DNA of 40,292 bases from an uncultured Gammaproteobacteria bacterium (GCA_964553705.1 CAZKKV010000004.1:1-40292), one strand, 5' to 3'. Positions 27,351 to 37,362 are shown, counted from the first letter of the stretch. Made by a program: numbers and translations. Notes: generated from the sequence alone by a model not told the origin.

Positions 27351-27797
27351 ATGAAAATTTCCGCGCCAGGCAGTACTTTAATGAGCTTTCTGGTTGGTTT
27401 AGGAATTATAGCTCTGTTATCCACCATCTCTATCCCCTACATAAAGCAGTATCAACCAAATTTGGAACTTAGCTCCAATGCCAAAATAATAACAACTGAT
27501 TTGCGTTATGCTCAACAACTCACTATCGCTGAACAAGTTACTCATAAAATAATTTTTTTTATTGATTCTAATACTTATAGTATCGTAAAAAATTCTGAGC
27601 CAGCAGAAACTATAAAAACAGTCGAACTTAGTTCAGGAATAACGTTCCAAGAGATAACAGGTTTTACTGACGATGAAGTTGTTTTTAATTATTATGGTGG
27701 CGTTAGTCAGTCAGGCCAAATAATTTTAATTAATTCTAATTCAAAAACAAAAATTATAAACGTTAAACCTTCTGGTTACATACAATTAATGCAGTAA
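27351..27797 (+). CDS. FimT/GspH-like minor pilin with a degenerate N-terminus
   Basis: G-STLMSFLVGLGII hydrophobic helix, DLRYAQQ and C-terminal VKPSGYI. Confidence 0.75.
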   Translation: MKISAPGSTLMSFLVGLGIIALLSTISIPYIKQYQPNLELSSNAKIITTDLRYAQQLTIAEQVTHKIIFFIDSNTYSIVKNSEPAETIKTVELSSGITFQEITGFTDDEVVFNYYGGVSQSGQIILINSNSKTKIINVKPSGYIQLMQ

Positions 27798-27800
27798 TTA

Positions 27801-28247
27801 ATGCATTCTTCAATAAAAAAACTAAAAAAATATTCTAATTCCAATGGCTTGTCTTTATTGGAAATTGTAGTCGCTTTAGCGATAATATTTGTGGCGTTTT
27901 TAGGACTTATACAGACGTTTCCCTTCAGCTTAACAATCAACAAAACTGCCGAAAATATGACTAAAGCGGCTTTTTTAGCGCAAGCAAAAATTGAGCAATT
28001 AAAGTCACTAAGCTACCAGGACGTAAATATTGGTGTTATAGAAGCAAAACATCAATTATCAGAAACACCCGATGATTATTTATATTATTTTCAAAGAGAA
28101 ACTACTGTAAATTATATTGACAATAATTTACAAGATTCAATCATTGATCAAGGTATGAAAAAAATTTCCATCAATGTTTACTATACAAATTCACTATCCA
28201 AAGATGAAAAAATTTATAATCTAACCACCTTTATGAATCAATGGTAA
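27801..28247 (+). CDS. PilV-like minor pilin
   Basis: G-LSLLEIVVALAII and AAFLAQAKIEQLK. Confidence 0.85.
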   Translation: MHSSIKKLKKYSNSNGLSLLEIVVALAIIFVAFLGLIQTFPFSLTINKTAENMTKAAFLAQAKIEQLKSLSYQDVNIGVIEAKHQLSETPDDYLYYFQRETTVNYIDNNLQDSIIDQGMKKISINVYYTNSLSKDEKIYNLTTFMNQW

Positions 28248-28282
28248 AATCCGAATATTTTTTACTTTGAAACAATAAAACA

Positions 28283-28876
28283 ATGGGGTTTAAAAAATAT
28301 TTCATAAAAAATACTGCAAGTAAAAACGGTTTTACTTTGCCTGAAATTCTTATTTCAATGTCTCTTTTTGTCCTTATTATTTTATTAGTTAATTCAGTCT
28401 ATACTCTTTCTCAAAGAGCATATAATAAAAACTCCAACATCGCTGAACTAACACAAAATGCCCGAGTATCACTAGATAGAATCTCAAGAGAAGTCAGGCA
28501 ATCTACAACAGTAGTAACTCAATTGCCTATAGCTAGAGACGATCTTGAAGATCCCCCAGTTGAAGAAATTTTTTTTCAAAACGGACATGTTGCAGATCAA
28601 ATTACATACATTAAATATTATCTGGACAATAATAATTTGAAACGCGAATATTCAGCTTATTATTTTGAAGAAGAGCCAAGTACCTATGTGATATACAATA
28701 GTCTCGATCAATCAGGTGATCCGCCAGAGCATTTGATTTTGGAGGACCGCATTGTCGGCGAATATTTTGATCAACTTTATTTCTGGGGAGAATCTGGTTT
28801 GGTAAATATTTATCTTCGTTTATCCAAAAACCAAAATAATTTTGAAATTGAGACTAGCGTCTTTAGTAGAAATTAA
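28283..28876 (+). CDS. PilW/GspJ-like minor pilin
   Basis: G-FTLPEILIS and NARVSLDRISREVRQ. Confidence 0.87.
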   Translation: MGFKKYFIKNTASKNGFTLPEILISMSLFVLIILLVNSVYTLSQRAYNKNSNIAELTQNARVSLDRISREVRQSTTVVTQLPIARDDLEDPPVEEIFFQNGHVADQITYIKYYLDNNNLKREYSAYYFEEEPSTYVIYNSLDQSGDPPEHLILEDRIVGEYFDQLYFWGESGLVNIYLRLSKNQNNFEIETSVFSRN

Positions 28877-30112
28877 ATGATTCAATTTTTTACAAAAATT
28901 TATTTTAGCAAAAACGGCGTAGCTTTGATTATGACCATTTTATTGATGTCTTTAATTCTATTTTTAGGCATGTATGTTCTAACCTTTTCTCTTACTGAAT
29001 ATAAAATAGCTCAAAGTCAAACATGGGGAGCAAAAACTTATTATTTGGCTGAGGCTGGAATTTCTGAAATGATTTGGAAGTTAAAAAATGATGAAAATTA
29101 TAAAACAAATTTTGAAACCGATCCAACATGGACAGTTCAATTCACTCGAGACAATCCATTTGGGCCAGATAGTGGCTCATACACCATCACTTTAGTCAAT
29201 AGCTCTGAAGCTCATGGAGAAATAACCGCCGTTGGTTCAATCAATATGTCTGGGGAAAAAAGTACTCAAAGAATAGTCAAAACTTATGTTTATCGAGCGA
29301 TGGGTCAAGGTTCGTCAGAAATTGGCGATAATTGCGGTTATGCTGATGGAAACATAGATATATCATACAGTATGGTTAATTTTTATAACGGTAGCTCCTA
29401 CTCAAATAACAATTTTATAGTTAATGGTTTAAGTATAGTTAATATTGATACAGATCTTAAGGCAGCAAATAATTTTAATAAATCATTGTTTTCAAATGTA
29501 ATTGTCGGTGGAGAAATTTATGCAGCCAATTATCCAAATGGTCCAGCCGATGAAGTCGCTATGCCAGCAATTGATTTTGATTCTGACGACCCGTCTTCAT
29601 ACAAAAATATAGCTGATAACGTTTATAGTGAAAATGAATTTAAAGACATGTTAGCTGATAATAATAATTTAACACTAGATGCCCCAATCACTTATGTTGA
29701 CGGCGACATAATGCTTGAAGGCGACCGACTCCTCACTGTCAATGGCCTTTTAGTTGTTGGTCGAGATATCAAGATTGGTCACAGTTGTTGCGGACTTAGT
29801 TCAATAATTATTAATCATACCGAAGGTCAACCATCTGGTATTTTTGCTAAAAGAAAAGTGTATTTTGAATCACTTACTGGCGATGTCAATATTCACGGCG
29901 TCATATACGCTGGCGATCAACTTTATCTAACAAGCCTTCCACTTGGTCATAGTTTTGAAGTTAGCGGTGGTTTAGTCTCGCGAAAATTAACCATTACCAG
30001 TATGTGGTCGATAATAGATATTACTAGAGATGAAGAAATAATATCCTCAACTATCGGTATGTCAGAATTTTCTCCAATTATAACCATCGAACACTGGGAG
30101 GAAGAATATTAA
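28877..30112 (+). CDS. PilX-like minor pilin with an extended beta-rich C-terminal domain
   Basis: G-VALIMTILL, YYLAEAGI and C-terminal WEE. Confidence 0.85.
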   Translation: MIQFFTKIYFSKNGVALIMTILLMSLILFLGMYVLTFSLTEYKIAQSQTWGAKTYYLAEAGISEMIWKLKNDENYKTNFETDPTWTVQFTRDNPFGPDSGSYTITLVNSSEAHGEITAVGSINMSGEKSTQRIVKTYVYRAMGQGSSEIGDNCGYADGNIDISYSMVNFYNGSSYSNNNFIVNGLSIVNIDTDLKAANNFNKSLFSNVIVGGEIYAANYPNGPADEVAMPAIDFDSDDPSSYKNIADNVYSENEFKDMLADNNNLTLDAPITYVDGDIMLEGDRLLTVNGLLVVGRDIKIGHSCCGLSSIIINHTEGQPSGIFAKRKVYFESLTGDVNIHGVIYAGDQLYLTSLPLGHSFEVSGGLVSRKLTITSMWSIIDITRDEEIISSTIGMSEFSPIITIEHWEEEY

Positions 30113-30140
30113 TTCTAAATTAGTCGTAAATACTTTTTCC

Positions 30141-30149
30141 TGTTATAAT
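30141..30149 (+). promoter_or_regulatory. Internal extended -10 promoter upstream of pilM
   Basis: TGTTATAAT in the 63-nt gap. Confidence 0.5.
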
Positions 30150-30175
30150 AAATATAATAAATTAAATTAACGATA

Positions 30176-31315
30176 ATGATATTTACCGCAAAACAAGCCT
30201 ACCCCGTCGGACTTGATATATCAGACTTGTCTATAAAATTAGTGCAACTCAATAACACCAAGGGAAAATTAAATTTCCAGGCAATTGGGCGTATTAGTAT
30301 TGAAAAAGGGATTATTGAAAAGGGTGAAATAAAAAATAAACAAAAATTAATATCGTCAATTAAAAAAATAATAGCCGAACCAATATACGGCAGGGCGACT
30401 TCTGAAGAAATTGTAGCCTGTCTGCCTGAATCAAAAACTTTTATTAAATTAATAGAGCTAGAACCAACACCAAATCCTGTTAAAAACATTATTGAAGTAG
30501 AGATAGAAAAACACATCCCGATGTCAATTAATCAAATGTATTTTGATTGGCAAACAATTGATAACAAAAAAGACAGTCAATGTATTCTAATTGGTGCTGC
30601 ACCGAAAGAAACGGTTAATCAATACACAGAACTGATGGACGAAGCAAAATTAGCACTATCTGCCCTAGAAATTGAACCGATTGCCATCTGCCGGAGTGTT
30701 TTATTGGAAGAAAAACCTAAATTTAATTTTGCTGAAAGCTTAAATTATGCTGTTCTAGATATAGGCGCAAGCCATACCAGTATGATATTTTACTCTAAAA
30801 ATACCATTCTTTTTACGGTCAGCTTACCTTTGTCTGGTGCGGAAATAACCAATGAAATATCTAGTACCTTGAAAATTACTGAAAACCAGGCCGAAAAAGC
30901 AAAAATAATTTGTGGACTAGACGAAGCAAAGGCTGATGGTATTGTTAAAAAAATACTTGCTAATACTGCGAAAAAGCTACTTGATAAAATTAAAAATTCA
31001 ATTGAATATTACGATAGTCAATTTTCTGCTTTTGGTCCAATTAATAAAATAATAATAGGTGGTGGTGGTGGTAATATTCGCAACATTACCGATATTATTA
31101 AAAAGGAAACGTCTATTAATACGGAAATAGCCAATCCATTTATCAATTTATCAGAAACAAAGGAGGGTTTTTCAAAAATTTTAAATAAAAAGGATGCTTT
31201 AATTACAAATAAAAAAGGAAGTGAAATTGTTTCGTTGTCAAAAAGCATTCATTCTAGCTTCGCAACAGCTATTGGCTTAGCTTTACGCGGAATTTTTATT
31301 GATGAAACAAATTAG
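30176..31315 (+). CDS. pilM: Type IV pilus assembly protein PilM
   Basis: GLDISDLSIKLVQL, LDIGA, GGGG and ATAIGLALR. Confidence 0.93.
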   Translation: MIFTAKQAYPVGLDISDLSIKLVQLNNTKGKLNFQAIGRISIEKGIIEKGEIKNKQKLISSIKKIIAEPIYGRATSEEIVACLPESKTFIKLIELEPTPNPVKNIIEVEIEKHIPMSINQMYFDWQTIDNKKDSQCILIGAAPKETVNQYTELMDEAKLALSALEIEPIAICRSVLLEEKPKFNFAESLNYAVLDIGASHTSMIFYSKNTILFTVSLPLSGAEITNEISSTLKITENQAEKAKIICGLDEAKADGIVKKILANTAKKLLDKIKNSIEYYDSQFSAFGPINKIIIGGGGGNIRNITDIIKKETSINTEIANPFINLSETKEGFSKILNKKDALITNKKGSEIVSLSKSIHSSFATAIGLALRGIFIDETN

Positions 31316-31318
31316 ACT

Positions 31319-31855
31319 ATGCTTTATCTCAATTTAGTATCAAATGAATTAAAAAAAGAAATTAAACTCAGACATCTGTATTTTCTAGTTAAGAAAATCA
31401 GCAGTATTGTACTTATTATCACCATTTTTTTGGTTTCGATACTCCTGGTAGCTAAAATAATTTTACAAAACAATTTTAATAAAGTCGTTTCTCAAACAAC
31501 ATTAATTACTAAAAGTAACCAAACCTACAACGTAAAAGTTAGAGAAATTAACAATGAACTCTCTTTTGTTTCTATGATTCAGAATGGTTATATCCCGTGG
31601 ACCGATATATTTAAAGACCTTGCCGTTGCTTCTCCTGATGGAATCAAATTATACTCGCTTAAATTGAACGCTGAAAATAAAACAATAGGAATAAAAGGAA
31701 TGGCCAAAGATCGAACAAGTCTTTTGGTCTTTAAAACAAATATCGAAAATTCATCTTATTATGACGACATAAGCTTCCCTTTGAAAAATATATTGGAAAA
31801 AGAAAATATAAATTTTGAAATTAACGCAACACTTAATCTGGAAGAGATAAAATAA
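31319..31855 (+). CDS. pilN: PilN-like protein
   Basis: N-terminal LNLV motif, TM helix and coiled coil; follows pilM. Confidence 0.8.
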   Translation: MLYLNLVSNELKKEIKLRHLYFLVKKISSIVLIITIFLVSILLVAKIILQNNFNKVVSQTTLITKSNQTYNVKVREINNELSFVSMIQNGYIPWTDIFKDLAVASPDGIKLYSLKLNAENKTIGIKGMAKDRTSLLVFKTNIENSSYYDDISFPLKNILEKENINFEINATLNLEEIK

Positions 31856-31859
31856 TTCT

Positions 31860-32438
31860 ATGAAATTTTCCGCAAATAATATTGTTAAAATCAATTTGAA
31901 AAACAAAATAATAATAATGGTTATCGGATTTTTGACCTTATTTTTATTAATAGTCTTTTTTATTGTTATTCCAACAATACACGACATTTTGGATATGGGA
32001 CAAAAAATTGAAGAACAAAGAATCGATCTTGAAAAAAAATACATAAAAGGCCAAAATCTACGACAATTAACGAATAATTTAAATAAAATAAATTCGCAAC
32101 TTTCAAAACTTGAACAAATTTTCATAAGCGAAAATCGGGAATTAGAATTTATTACAACAATAGAGGGTGTAGCAAGTAAAAATTCGATTGACCAAAGAAT
32201 TAATTTAGGAATTCAGGAGGATATGGCTGAATACAACTACAAAAAAATGGCCCTTCAATTATTTTTACAGGGCAATTTTATTGATATCACAAATTATCTA
32301 CTTGGGTTGGAATCGTTGGAATATTATCTTAATATTAAAAGTATCGAATTAACATCAAATTTAGTAAAACAAGAAATAGATGCTTCCTCTAATACTATAA
32401 TTAACACGTTTCTCTCAGTAGAAACATTTTGGAAATAA
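31860..32438 (+). CDS. pilO: PilO-like protein
   Basis: TM helix and GNF..ITNYLLGLE pattern; follows pilN. Confidence 0.8.
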   Translation: MKFSANNIVKINLKNKIIIMVIGFLTLFLLIVFFIVIPTIHDILDMGQKIEEQRIDLEKKYIKGQNLRQLTNNLNKINSQLSKLEQIFISENRELEFITTIEGVASKNSIDQRINLGIQEDMAEYNYKKMALQLFLQGNFIDITNYLLGLESLEYYLNIKSIELTSNLVKQEIDASSNTIINTFLSVETFWK

Positions 32439-32443
32439 TAAAT

Positions 32444-32725
32444 ATGGAAAATAAAATAAAAAACATTAATTACAGCCCAAAAAAAATAATGCGCTGGTTT
32501 TATATTTCAATATCTGTATTAACACTCATCTTTCTTGCTTGTATTAGTGTATTTTTGTATAAAAATTTTTATCAAATAATAACCCAGTCTGAAGAAATTT
32601 TATTACTACGACAAAAAGTTGTCATTGAAACTGTTGATATGGATATATTTGAAGAAGTTATAGAAAAAATAGAAAAAAAAACCAATTTTAAAAAACCAAT
32701 TAACATTAGGAGTTTATTCGATTAA
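32444..32725 (+). CDS. Small single-TM protein at the PilP position
   Basis: ATG at 32444, one TM helix; last gene of the operon. Confidence 0.7.
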   Translation: MENKIKNINYSPKKIMRWFYISISVLTLIFLACISVFLYKNFYQIITQSEEILLLRQKVVIETVDMDIFEEVIEKIEKKTNFKKPINIRSLFD

Positions 32726-32790
32726 TAATAAAAACGGCAAACAATATCGTCCACATGAGTCATTTTGTTTTATAAAAAATTTATTGATAA

Positions 32791-32818
32791 AAAAACCAGC
32801 AGATAGCCGCTGGTTTTT
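32791..32818. terminator. Bidirectional terminator between the pil and isc operons
   Basis: AAAAACCAGC-AGATAGCC-GCTGGTTTTT. Confidence 0.75.
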
Positions 32819-32836
32819 GTTTATCGTTGTAAAAAA

Positions 32837-34060
32837 TTATAAATCACTTGGTGCTATTTTACGTAATTTTTTTACAATACCTGGTAATATTTTTAAAACG
32901 CTTTTAATATCATCGTCTGTATTATCTTTTCCCAGAGTAAATCTAATGGAGTTATGAGCTAATTCATGTTTGACTCCCATGGCAACTAGTACATAGGAAG
33001 GCTTTAAATCACCAGAAGCACAGGCTGAACCAGTAGAAACGGCTATTCCTGCCAAATCAAGGCTAATCAGTATCGCCTCGCCTTCAACTCCACTAAATGT
33101 AAAATGAGCATGAGCTGGTGTTGCATTATTTATATCAGTATTCAAAATTACATCTGGAATATCACGCAGAATTCCCTCCACTAATTTTTCTCTTATCTTT
33201 TTTATTTTTTTATTATTTTTGTCTTTGTTCTTTTCTACTAATACCATCGCTTGCCCAAGTCCAACTATACCTGGAACATTCAACGTCCCGCTACGTAAAT
33301 TATTTTCATGATGACCACCTAATTGTACGCTATCAATTAAAGTGCCTTTCTTCACAAATAACGAACCAACGCCTTTGGGTCCGTATATTTTATGGCCAGA
33401 TATTGACATTAAATCAACGTGCAAATATTTTGTATTACAATCCAAAAAATTAACAGCCTGTGTCGCATCAGTGTGAAAAAGAGTGGGTAGTGGTTTTTTC
33501 TTGCCGAATTTAGCACCTTTTTTTTGCCAATTTTTAAATCTTTCTTCGTTAATTTTTTTTATAATTTTACCGATTTCTCTAATCGGCTGAACAGATCCAA
33601 CTTCACTATTTACGTACATTATTGAAACCATAAAAGTGTTATCTTGAATGACACTTTTTAATTTTAATATGTCAATTGTCCCGTTTTGTTTTGTTGGTAA
33701 ATAAGTCACCTTCACCCCCTCTTTTTCTAATTCCTTTACTGGCTCTAAAACGGCCGGATGTTCAATTTCTGAAGTAATTATGTGTAATTTATCCGTTTTC
33801 TTATAAACTGCCTTATATGCGCCAAAAATAGCTAAATTGTCTGATTCTGTAGCCCCTGAAGTGAAGATTAACTCATTTGATTCGCAATTTAACAAATCAG
33901 CCATAATTTGCCTGGCTTTATCTACGCCAGCCACTGCTTGCTGTCCAAAACCATGTAGAGAAGACGGATTACCAAAATCATTAATAAAATATGGTAACAT
34001 AGCCTCAAAAACTTTTTTGTCTATCGGCGTAGTAGCACTATGATCAAAATATATTTTCAT
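32837..34060 (-). CDS. iscS: Cysteine desulfurase IscS/NifS
   Basis: YFDHSATTP, GNPSS, SGHKIYGPKG and STGSAC; start placed at MKIYFD. Confidence 0.95.
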   Translation of the reverse strand: MKIYFDHSATTPIDKKVFEAMLPYFINDFGNPSSLHGFGQQAVAGVDKARQIMADLLNCESNELIFTSGATESDNLAIFGAYKAVYKKTDKLHIITSEIEHPAVLEPVKELEKEGVKVTYLPTKQNGTIDILKLKSVIQDNTFMVSIMYVNSEVGSVQPIREIGKIIKKINEERFKNWQKKGAKFGKKKPLPTLFHTDATQAVNFLDCNTKYLHVDLMSISGHKIYGPKGVGSLFVKKGTLIDSVQLGGHHENNLRSGTLNVPGIVGLGQAMVLVEKNKDKNNKKIKKIREKLVEGILRDIPDVILNTDINNATPAHAHFTFSGVEGEAILISLDLAGIAVSTGSACASGDLKPSYVLVAMGVKHELAHNSIRFTLGKDNTDDDIKSVLKILPGIVKKLRKIAPSDL

Positions 34061-34082
34061 ACATTTTGTAATTAAATTTATT

Positions 34083-34310
34083 TTAATTAACGTTTTCAAC
34101 TATTTTTACTTCTGGAACATGCTTTCTAATTTCCGCTTCAATCCCCTGCTTCAAAGTTATTTGAGACATCGGGCAACCCAAACACATACCCAACAACTTA
34201 ACTTCAACTTTGCCAGATTTTTCATCCCAACTAACAAATTCGACATCCCCTCCATCGGCCTGTAAAGCCGGTCGAATCTTATCTAGAGTCTTTTGAATTT
34301 TATCTTTCAT
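34083..34310 (-). CDS. NifU C-terminal/Nfu-type Fe-S carrier
   Basis: IRPALQADGGDVE...GMCLGCPMS. Confidence 0.92.
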   Translation of the reverse strand: MKDKIQKTLDKIRPALQADGGDVEFVSWDEKSGKVEVKLLGMCLGCPMSQITLKQGIEAEIRKHVPEVKIVENVN

Positions 34311-34322
34311 GTTTTTATATTA

Positions 34323-34733
34323 TTAATTCTTAATTTTTAATTCGTAATTTTTGATTGCCTTTTCTAGGGCATCTGTCCCTAGCATTGAACAATGTATTTT
34401 TGGCGCTGGTAATCCACCAAGTTCTTTTACTATGTCATTATTACTTACTTTGAGCGCCTCATTAAGAGTTTTACCTTTTACCATTTCGGTCAAAATAGAA
34501 GAAACGGAAATAGCGGCCGCGCAACCTAAAGTTTCAAATTTTATATCTTTTATATATTTAATTTTTTGCGCCTCTTTACCTCTGCCTATTTTTCTCTCAC
34601 CTATTTTTAAATATATTTTCATTGTATCGCCACAAACCGGATTACCCACCCTACCAATCGCATCGGCTTTTTTTATTATTCCCTGATTTCTTGGATTTTT
34701 AAAATGGTCTAAAACTTTTTTTGAATATGCCAT
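34323..34733 (-). CDS. iscU: Fe-S scaffold IscU/NifU-N
   Basis: YSKKVLDHFKNPRN, NPVCGD, GCAAAI and LPAPKIHCS. Confidence 0.95.
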   Translation of the reverse strand: MAYSKKVLDHFKNPRNQGIIKKADAIGRVGNPVCGDTMKIYLKIGERKIGRGKEAQKIKYIKDIKFETLGCAAAISVSSILTEMVKGKTLNEALKVSNNDIVKELGGLPAPKIHCSMLGTDALEKAIKNYELKIKN

Positions 34734-34779
34734 ATAATATTATAATTAATAAATAAATATTCCAAACTGATTATTTTTC

Positions 34780-35181
34780 CTATGTCAAATCGCTTAATTT
34801 AGTTTTTTTAAGTGTACTGTTTACAGCTTGCTGGACTTTTAACAACACTGATGTTGCCCCACAGCTACACTTTGAACTACATTTTATTTTACCTTTTTCA
34901 TCCACACAATGAAATGGCGACAAAGCCCCTTCTAAGGCTGTTATTATTTCAAATACATTTATATCCTTTGAATTTTTTGCTAATTTATAACCACCAGACA
35001 TTCCTTTCTCTGATATTACAAGACCAGACTTCTTTAGTTTGGAAAAAAGTCTTTCTAAATATTTCAAAGAAATATTTTCTTCTCTAGCTATCTCTGGCAA
35101 AGAAATATTATCGACTGCAGACTTTCTTGATAAATTTATCATTGCCCTTAAGCCGTAAGTTGTTTTTGTAGAAAATTTCAT
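34780..35181 (-). CDS. Rrf2 family regulator (IscR-like)
   Basis: STKTTYGLRAM, YLERLFSKL, GGYKL and a Cys cluster; start at MKFST. Confidence 0.92.
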   Translation of the reverse strand: MKFSTKTTYGLRAMINLSRKSAVDNISLPEIAREENISLKYLERLFSKLKKSGLVISEKGMSGGYKLAKNSKDINVFEIITALEGALSPFHCVDEKGKIKCSSKCSCGATSVLLKVQQAVNSTLKKTKLSDLT

Positions 35182-35186
35182 AAAAA

Positions 35187-35246
35187 ATAAACACCTACTG
35201 AATCGGTTGGTATTTATCATGTTATCAAATAATAAGCAATTGTCAA
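35187..35246 (-). promoter_or_regulatory. isc promoter with an overlapping palindromic Rrf2-type operator
   Basis: TTGACA-16 nt-TAACAT (extended TG); imperfect palindrome ATAAACACCTACTGAATCGGTTGGTATTTAT at 35187-35217. Confidence 0.65.
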
Positions 35247-35275
35247 TGCCTCAATAAATACTACAAAATTTCAAC

Positions 35276-35304
35276 TTGACAACGACTGACTAATACCTTA
35301 TACT
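35276..35304 (+). promoter_or_regulatory. sigma70 promoter of rpmA
   Basis: TTGACA-17 nt-TATACT. Confidence 0.75.
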
Positions 35305-35353
35305 CAACCTTAGTTGCTTTTGAGGCAATTTTATTTTTTAATTATAATATTAT

Positions 35354-35638
35354 ATGGCGCATAAAAAAGCGGGTGGATCAACAACTCTTGGTCGCGATTC
35401 AAAAAGCAAAAGACTGGGCGTTAAACTTCAAGATGGACAATATGCAAAAGCTGGATCTATTATTATTCGGCAAAGAGGCACAAAATACCATCCTGGTAAA
35501 AATGTCAAGAAAGGCAAAGACGACACTTTGTTTTCAACTCTTCCTGGCTTTGTTAAATTTTCTACCAAAAAAATAAAAAAATTTAATAATCAGTTAAAAT
35601 CATCCAAGATGGTAAATATCATACCAGAAAAAAAATAA
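35354..35638 (+). CDS. rpmA: 50S ribosomal protein L27
   Basis: [21 protein letters not shown] and IIIRQRGTK. Confidence 0.98.
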   Translation: MAHKKAGGSTTLGRDSKSKRLGVKLQDGQYAKAGSIIIRQRGTKYHPGKNVKKGKDDTLFSTLPGFVKFSTKKIKKFNNQLKSSKMVNIIPEKK

Positions 35639-35645
35639 CACAAAT

Positions 35646-35699
35646 ATTTTCAAATAAAAAAACATCGGTTCTACGCCGATGTTTTTTTTATTTGAAAAT
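35646..35699. terminator. Bidirectional terminator between rpmA and pyrG
   Basis: TTTTCAAATAAAAAAACATCGG-loop-CCGATGTTTTTTTTATTTGAAAA. Confidence 0.85.
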
Positions 35700-35703
35700 T
35701 AAA

Positions 35704-37362
35704 TTATTTTTTACGCCCCAAACAGACCCTAACGAATTCAACAAATAATGGATGCGGGTCAAGAGGTCTGGATATATATTCGGGATGGAATTGAGTACCA
35801 ACAAAAAATGGATGGTCGGCAATCTCTATGGCCTCAACGATTTTACCGTCTGGCGAAGTCCCGCAAATTCTCAAACCGGCTTTTTCAAATTGCGCGCGAT
35901 ATTTATTATTAAACTCATATCGATGCCTATGACGTTCGGAAAAAGTCTTTTTGTTTTTATCTTTCTTCTCGTAAGCTTTGGCCAAATGAGTGTCTTTTAT
36001 AATTTTACACGGCCAACCGCCCAGACGTATTGTACCGCCATATTGCTTTTTTGCTATCAACTCTGCCTGTTCTGGCATAATATGAATGACCGGATAAGGA
36101 GTTTTTGGATTAACTTCTTCGCTATTTGCCCCCTTGAACTTTAAAACATTTCTAGCAAACTCAATAACCGCCATTTGCATACCATAACAAAGTCCCAAAT
36201 AAGGAATGTTTTTTTCTCGACAATATTTTATTGTTTTTATTTTCCCTTCTGAACCGCGCGAACCCCATCCTTGAGGAACTATTATGCCGTCATATTTATT
36301 CAAATCTTTTACCCCATTTTTTTCTATGTCTTCTGCGTTGAGCCAATAAAGTATAGGCTTACATTTATTTACAGCGCCAGCATGTTTAATCGCTTCTATT
36401 ACGGAAATATACGAATCTGTTAAACAAAAATCTCCAGTTGAAAAATACTTTCCCACTATGCCGATATTAGTCTCTTTTTTTGCCGTTTTTATACTGCTTA
36501 CCATTTTTCTCCATTCCACCAAGTCTTTTTTTCTTTTTTCTAAATTTAATTTTTCTAAAATTCGATCACCCAAACCATCCTTTTCAAAATTTAAAGGCAC
36601 ATCATAAATAGAATCTATATCAGGAGCTGAAATAACATCATTCTGATTAATGTTGCAATTTATGGCTATTTTTTTCTTACGAAGATTATCAATCGGTCTT
36701 TCTGATCGGGCAATAATAAAATCTGGTTGAATTCCAGCGCTGTTTAAAGTTCTTATAGCGTATTGCGTTGGTTTGGTTTTCATTTCGCCAATAGTTTTTG
36801 GCACGGGCAAATAACTAACCATAACAGACAAAACATCTTCTGGTTGACGTAATTTCATCATACGTGCCGCTTCTAAAAAAAGAAGGTTTTGATATTCCCC
36901 TACTGTACCACCTACTTCAATAATAACAATTTCAGCTTTTGCTTTTTTAACCGCCTTGTTAATTCTATCTATTACCTCCATTGGAATGTGGGGTACAACT
37001 TCAACGCATTTCCCGTCATATCCAAGGTTTCTCTCTCTTTGGATAACACTTAAATAAACTCTACCAGTAGTTAAATAGTTTTCTCTATAAATATTTTTAT
37101 TTAAAAATCTCTCATAATTACCTATGTCTTGATCAGTTTCATCACCATCTTCGGTAACAAAAACTTCGCCATGCTCTATCGGATTCATGGTGCCAGCATC
37201 AACATTGATATATGGGTCAATTTTAATGGCACTAACATCGTATCCTTTTGATTGTAATATACGAGCAATTGATGCCACAGTAATACCCTTGCCGACTCCT
37301 GACATCACTCCGCCAACAACAAATATATATTTTGTCTTTTTCTTTACTACAGTTTTTTTCAT
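35704..37362 (-). CDS. pyrG: CTP synthase
   Basis: GGVMSGVGKG, DPYINVDAGTM, KTKPTQ, GLCYGMQ, ERHRHRYE and QFHPE. Confidence 0.98.
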   Translation of the reverse strand: MKKTVVKKKTKYIFVVGGVMSGVGKGITVASIARILQSKGYDVSAIKIDPYINVDAGTMNPIEHGEVFVTEDGDETDQDIGNYERFLNKNIYRENYLTTGRVYLSVIQRERNLGYDGKCVEVVPHIPMEVIDRINKAVKKAKAEIVIIEVGGTVGEYQNLLFLEAARMMKLRQPEDVLSVMVSYLPVPKTIGEMKTKPTQYAIRTLNSAGIQPDFIIARSERPIDNLRKKKIAINCNINQNDVISAPDIDSIYDVPLNFEKDGLGDRILEKLNLEKRKKDLVEWRKMVSSIKTAKKETNIGIVGKYFSTGDFCLTDSYISVIEAIKHAGAVNKCKPILYWLNAEDIEKNGVKDLNKYDGIIVPQGWGSRGSEGKIKTIKYCREKNIPYLGLCYGMQMAVIEFARNVLKFKGANSEEVNPKTPYPVIHIMPEQAELIAKKQYGGTIRLGGWPCKIIKDTHLAKAYEKKDKNKKTFSERHRHRYEFNNKYRAQFEKAGLRICGTSPDGKIVEAIEIADHPFFVGTQFHPEYISRPLDPHPLFVEFVRVCLGRKK

